Origin: Eukaryota sp. GEM-RC1
Lineage: Eukaryota
Reading direction: 5' to 3'
DNA length: 64,000 nt
Assembly (NCBI GenBank): GCA_040285855.1
Contig: JAUFOQ010000002.1
Coordinates: 2,418,001 to 2,482,000 of the forward strand
Below are positions 63,446 through 64,000 of this stretch, in pieces. The notes beneath the pieces are model-generated. The model ran no database searches. It was not told the origin of the DNA and saw nothing but the letters and a program-made list of their open reading frames with translations. Position 1 is the stretch's first letter. The number at the start of each line of letters is the position of its first letter. Both the position numbers and the translations under genes were made by a program.

Positions 63446-64000
63446 ATTAGTTAAACTTCAAATTTAATACCTCAAAGAATCGGACCATGAGAACTTGGTC
63501 ATCAGTTCAAATGGTCCAGGGCAGATGGACCCAACAAAGTTCAAATGGTAAATATTCTGTTTGGTGATAGTTCTCATAGTTTAAACAATTTTATTAAAGT
63601 CATATACATGTATCATGCAGGTCAAAATACAAGCAACCTTAAAAACTATACAAACATACCCTTCACTATGCTTGTATTGCATCCTTGCTTGGATGAACGG
63701 CCGTTAAGTCTCACTTTTATATAATTAAAGAATATTTATGACAAGAGCAACAACATTGCATTGGAGAAAATACATAGTGCCAACTAGAACCAGTTATCGT
63801 TAAGATACTCAAGTCGATCATGAACATCTGATACTAAATAAATTAGGACCCAATCATTGATTTCTTGATCAAAACAGGTGTTCATAAACCTCGTTAATTA
63901 AGCCACCGCTCAATCATACTCTTTACTCATCCGTGTAGAACAAATATATAAAGCGTAAAAATTGAAAAACTTGATTATATCATTGTTTCCTGGAACTCTA

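Noticed and set aside
63510..63526. Third possible 2A (ICPGP on the minus strand)
   Set aside because: Lacks the DxExN core.

Overview
AT-rich, gene-dense, apparently intron-less eukaryotic (protist-like) genomic DNA in the standard code; a flagellar LRRC23-like gene and a glycine-cleavage T protein with a short 'MLSS' presequence hint at a flagellated, possibly anaerobic protist (inference only). Host genes: coiled-coil protein, IKS1-like kinase, TFIIB/BRF-like factor, Ub-Ubl fusion, MRH-PrsW membrane protease, USP39/Sad1, BRCT-PolX, RING-kinase-SEL1-like, LRRC23-like, GDAP2, two tandem LRR paralogs, secreted PD-(D/E)xK nuclease, GcvT, MBF1, MFS transporter, NudC-like hydrolase. Several are split by single-base homopolymer indels, probably assembly errors. 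Intergenic space holds many mobile elements: an intact hAT, three non-autonomous hATs with TSDs, a gag-only mini-LTR element, a near-complete CRE-like retrotransposon with eight truncated relatives, and MULE, hAT and pogo remnants. Most unusual is a decayed repeated module: 2A/StopGo peptide (D[V/I]ESNPGP), SENP8/NEDP1-like C48 protease, conserved hairpin, and an antisense captured fragment of the local GDAP2 gene. It occurs as two inverted copies plus a partial third copy near a CRESS-like Rep fragment.
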